Assembly (NCBI RefSeq): GCF_021869535.1
Contig: NW_026262637.1
Span: forward strand, 15,748,001-15,812,000
Source: Mytilus californianus
Lineage: Eukaryota
Reading direction: 5' to 3'
Length of the DNA stretch: 64,000 nucleotides
Positions 62,983 to 64,000 of the stretch are shown here, in pieces. How positions within the stretch are numbered: position 1 is the stretch's first letter; each line of letters opens with the position of its first letter. Under the pieces are notes generated by a model. The model searched no databases. It was given only the letters and a program-made list of their open reading frames with translations, and had not been told where the DNA came from. The position numbers and the translations under genes were made by a program.

Positions 62983-64000
62983 ATGGCGTCCATTAAACGC
63001 GAACTGGAATACGATGTAGGGGAAGAGATCGAGTTAGAAGGGAATAGGACGGTTGTGATTATGGGGAAGGAGATGGAGGTGCTGGATGAAATGGTTGAGG
63101 AAGATCCAAAGGCTCCGCAATGTCCACTGTGCCCACTTAAGGCCAGACACGCATTAGAGAAACACCTTCCTTGGTACTATGCTCCGCTGACTGCATGCTG
63201 GAGCTGTAACAAGCAAGAAAGAAGATTAGAGTACCACGGCAAGGAACATCATAGAGCTGAGGAATGTTTCCTGTGGGATGAGGATGAGTATGGGGAAGTT
63301 GGGTTCAACTTATGAACGGGTTGTTTAGGGCATTGGCAGAGGTCAAGAAAGTGGAGTATCCTGAAGGGTTAATGGAGTATGTAAGTGAAATAATGACAGG
63401 AGTGAAAACAAACAGAAATTTCACAGAGCAAGAACTGTCTTTAGTCATACTGTTTAATCGTTTGAATGATTATCCTGTTCTACAATGAAAGAAATTAAAA
63501 TCTAAGTCCGTCTACAGGCTTCATTCCTTAATCCACTGGAAAGTTTTGGTTATTGTCATCTCAAAATTACAGTATGATCAGCAACATTGGCTTTAAACAT
63601 TCGAAGAATATAAATCTGCAACAGGAATTTCATTAGGACCTTTGGGAAGCAAACTTTCTGGACCAACTTCAATTACTGACTCCCATGTCCATTTGGACAC
63701 GCTCTTGGTTCGTACCAGTTGTTCTGGTTTCCATGAGCTGTCCGACTTTGGAACTCGGGAATACTACAAACGTGCCTGATGTTTATGGTGGCTAATTTCT
63801 GTTTTCCTTCATCCTGGCCAAATTCTTCACAAAGAACAGAATTGCGCAAAACCCCGTCCATTTCAGTTTTGGTATCCACCCACGCACCGTCAATTCTTCA
63901 TCCTTGTCACGTTTACATAGACATCTGACCGATTTAGAGTACATTGTCCAGTCCTCCAGGACTGTTGCCATTGGAGAGTGTGGACTGGATACTTCCGATA
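62983..64000 (+). pseudogene. tatD: Extra ORF3: two C2H2-like zinc fingers, helical linker, TatD-family metal-dependent nuclease (partial, runs off the window)
   Basis: Stitched translation gives ITDSHVHLD (motif 63678-63698), VANFCFPSSWP, HFSFGIHP (GIHP 63871-63882) and VAIGECGLD (63964-63990), the first three conserved TatD blocks in the correct order. Frameshifts near 63298, 63750-63778 and 63850; stops at 63486-63488 and 63594-63596. Confidence 0.88.

Larger units (their letters stand above)
57217..64000 (+). mobile_element. Decayed Ty3/Gypsy retrotransposon (gag, PR-RT-[RH deleted]-IN, extra TatD ORF); runs off the window end
   Basis: Gag CCHC knuckle CFRCHEKGHYARNC, protease IVDTAAQ, RT YLDD, integrase HHCC + D,D,E + GPY, in Gypsy domain order. 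No LTR was recognised inside the window. Confidence 0.93.

Noticed and set aside
62983-63315. ORF3 as a retroviral env gene
   Set aside because: No signal peptide, furin site or TM anchor; the downstream frames carry TatD motifs instead.
63486-63596. Stop-codon readthrough or selenocysteine recoding in ORF3
   Set aside because: One stop is TGA but the other is TAA, and three frameshifts accompany them; ordinary decay explains the pattern.
63673-63879. Minus-strand ORF MDTKTEMDGV... from the ORF track
   Set aside because: It is the antisense shadow of the TatD region; the plus strand carries the conserved motifs.

Overview
AT-rich animal genomic DNA with spliceosomal introns. The repeat landscape looks bivalve (Mytilus-like), which is an inference. 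Host genes are: a Toll-like receptor pseudogene whose LRR ectodomain is disrupted but whose LRRCT-TM-TIR end is an intact 294-aa ORF (~29-2511, +); an intact 7-coding-exon, 285-aa HUNK-like CAMK-group kinase reconstructed by hand from GT-AG exons (11007-16517, -); and an intact single-exon RING-less B-box/coiled-coil/beta-propeller TRIM-like gene (34091-35746, -). The intergenic space is a mosaic of SINEs, MITEs, Helentron-type elements, long palindromic elements, Penelope-like (Naiad-type) RT fragments and hammerhead-like motifs. The last 6.8 kb is a decayed Ty3/Gypsy retrotransposon with unusual cargo. It has a ComEA-like helix-hairpin-helix at the Gag N-terminus, an intact -1 frameshift signal and an in-frame loss of RNase H. 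Most notably, a third ORF directly after pol (62983 to the window end) encodes two C2H2-like zinc fingers followed by a TatD-family nuclease (DSHVHLD, FGIHP, VAIGECGLD). The ORF track misses this because frameshifts fragment it. All family assignments come from motif recognition by eye; no database search was possible.
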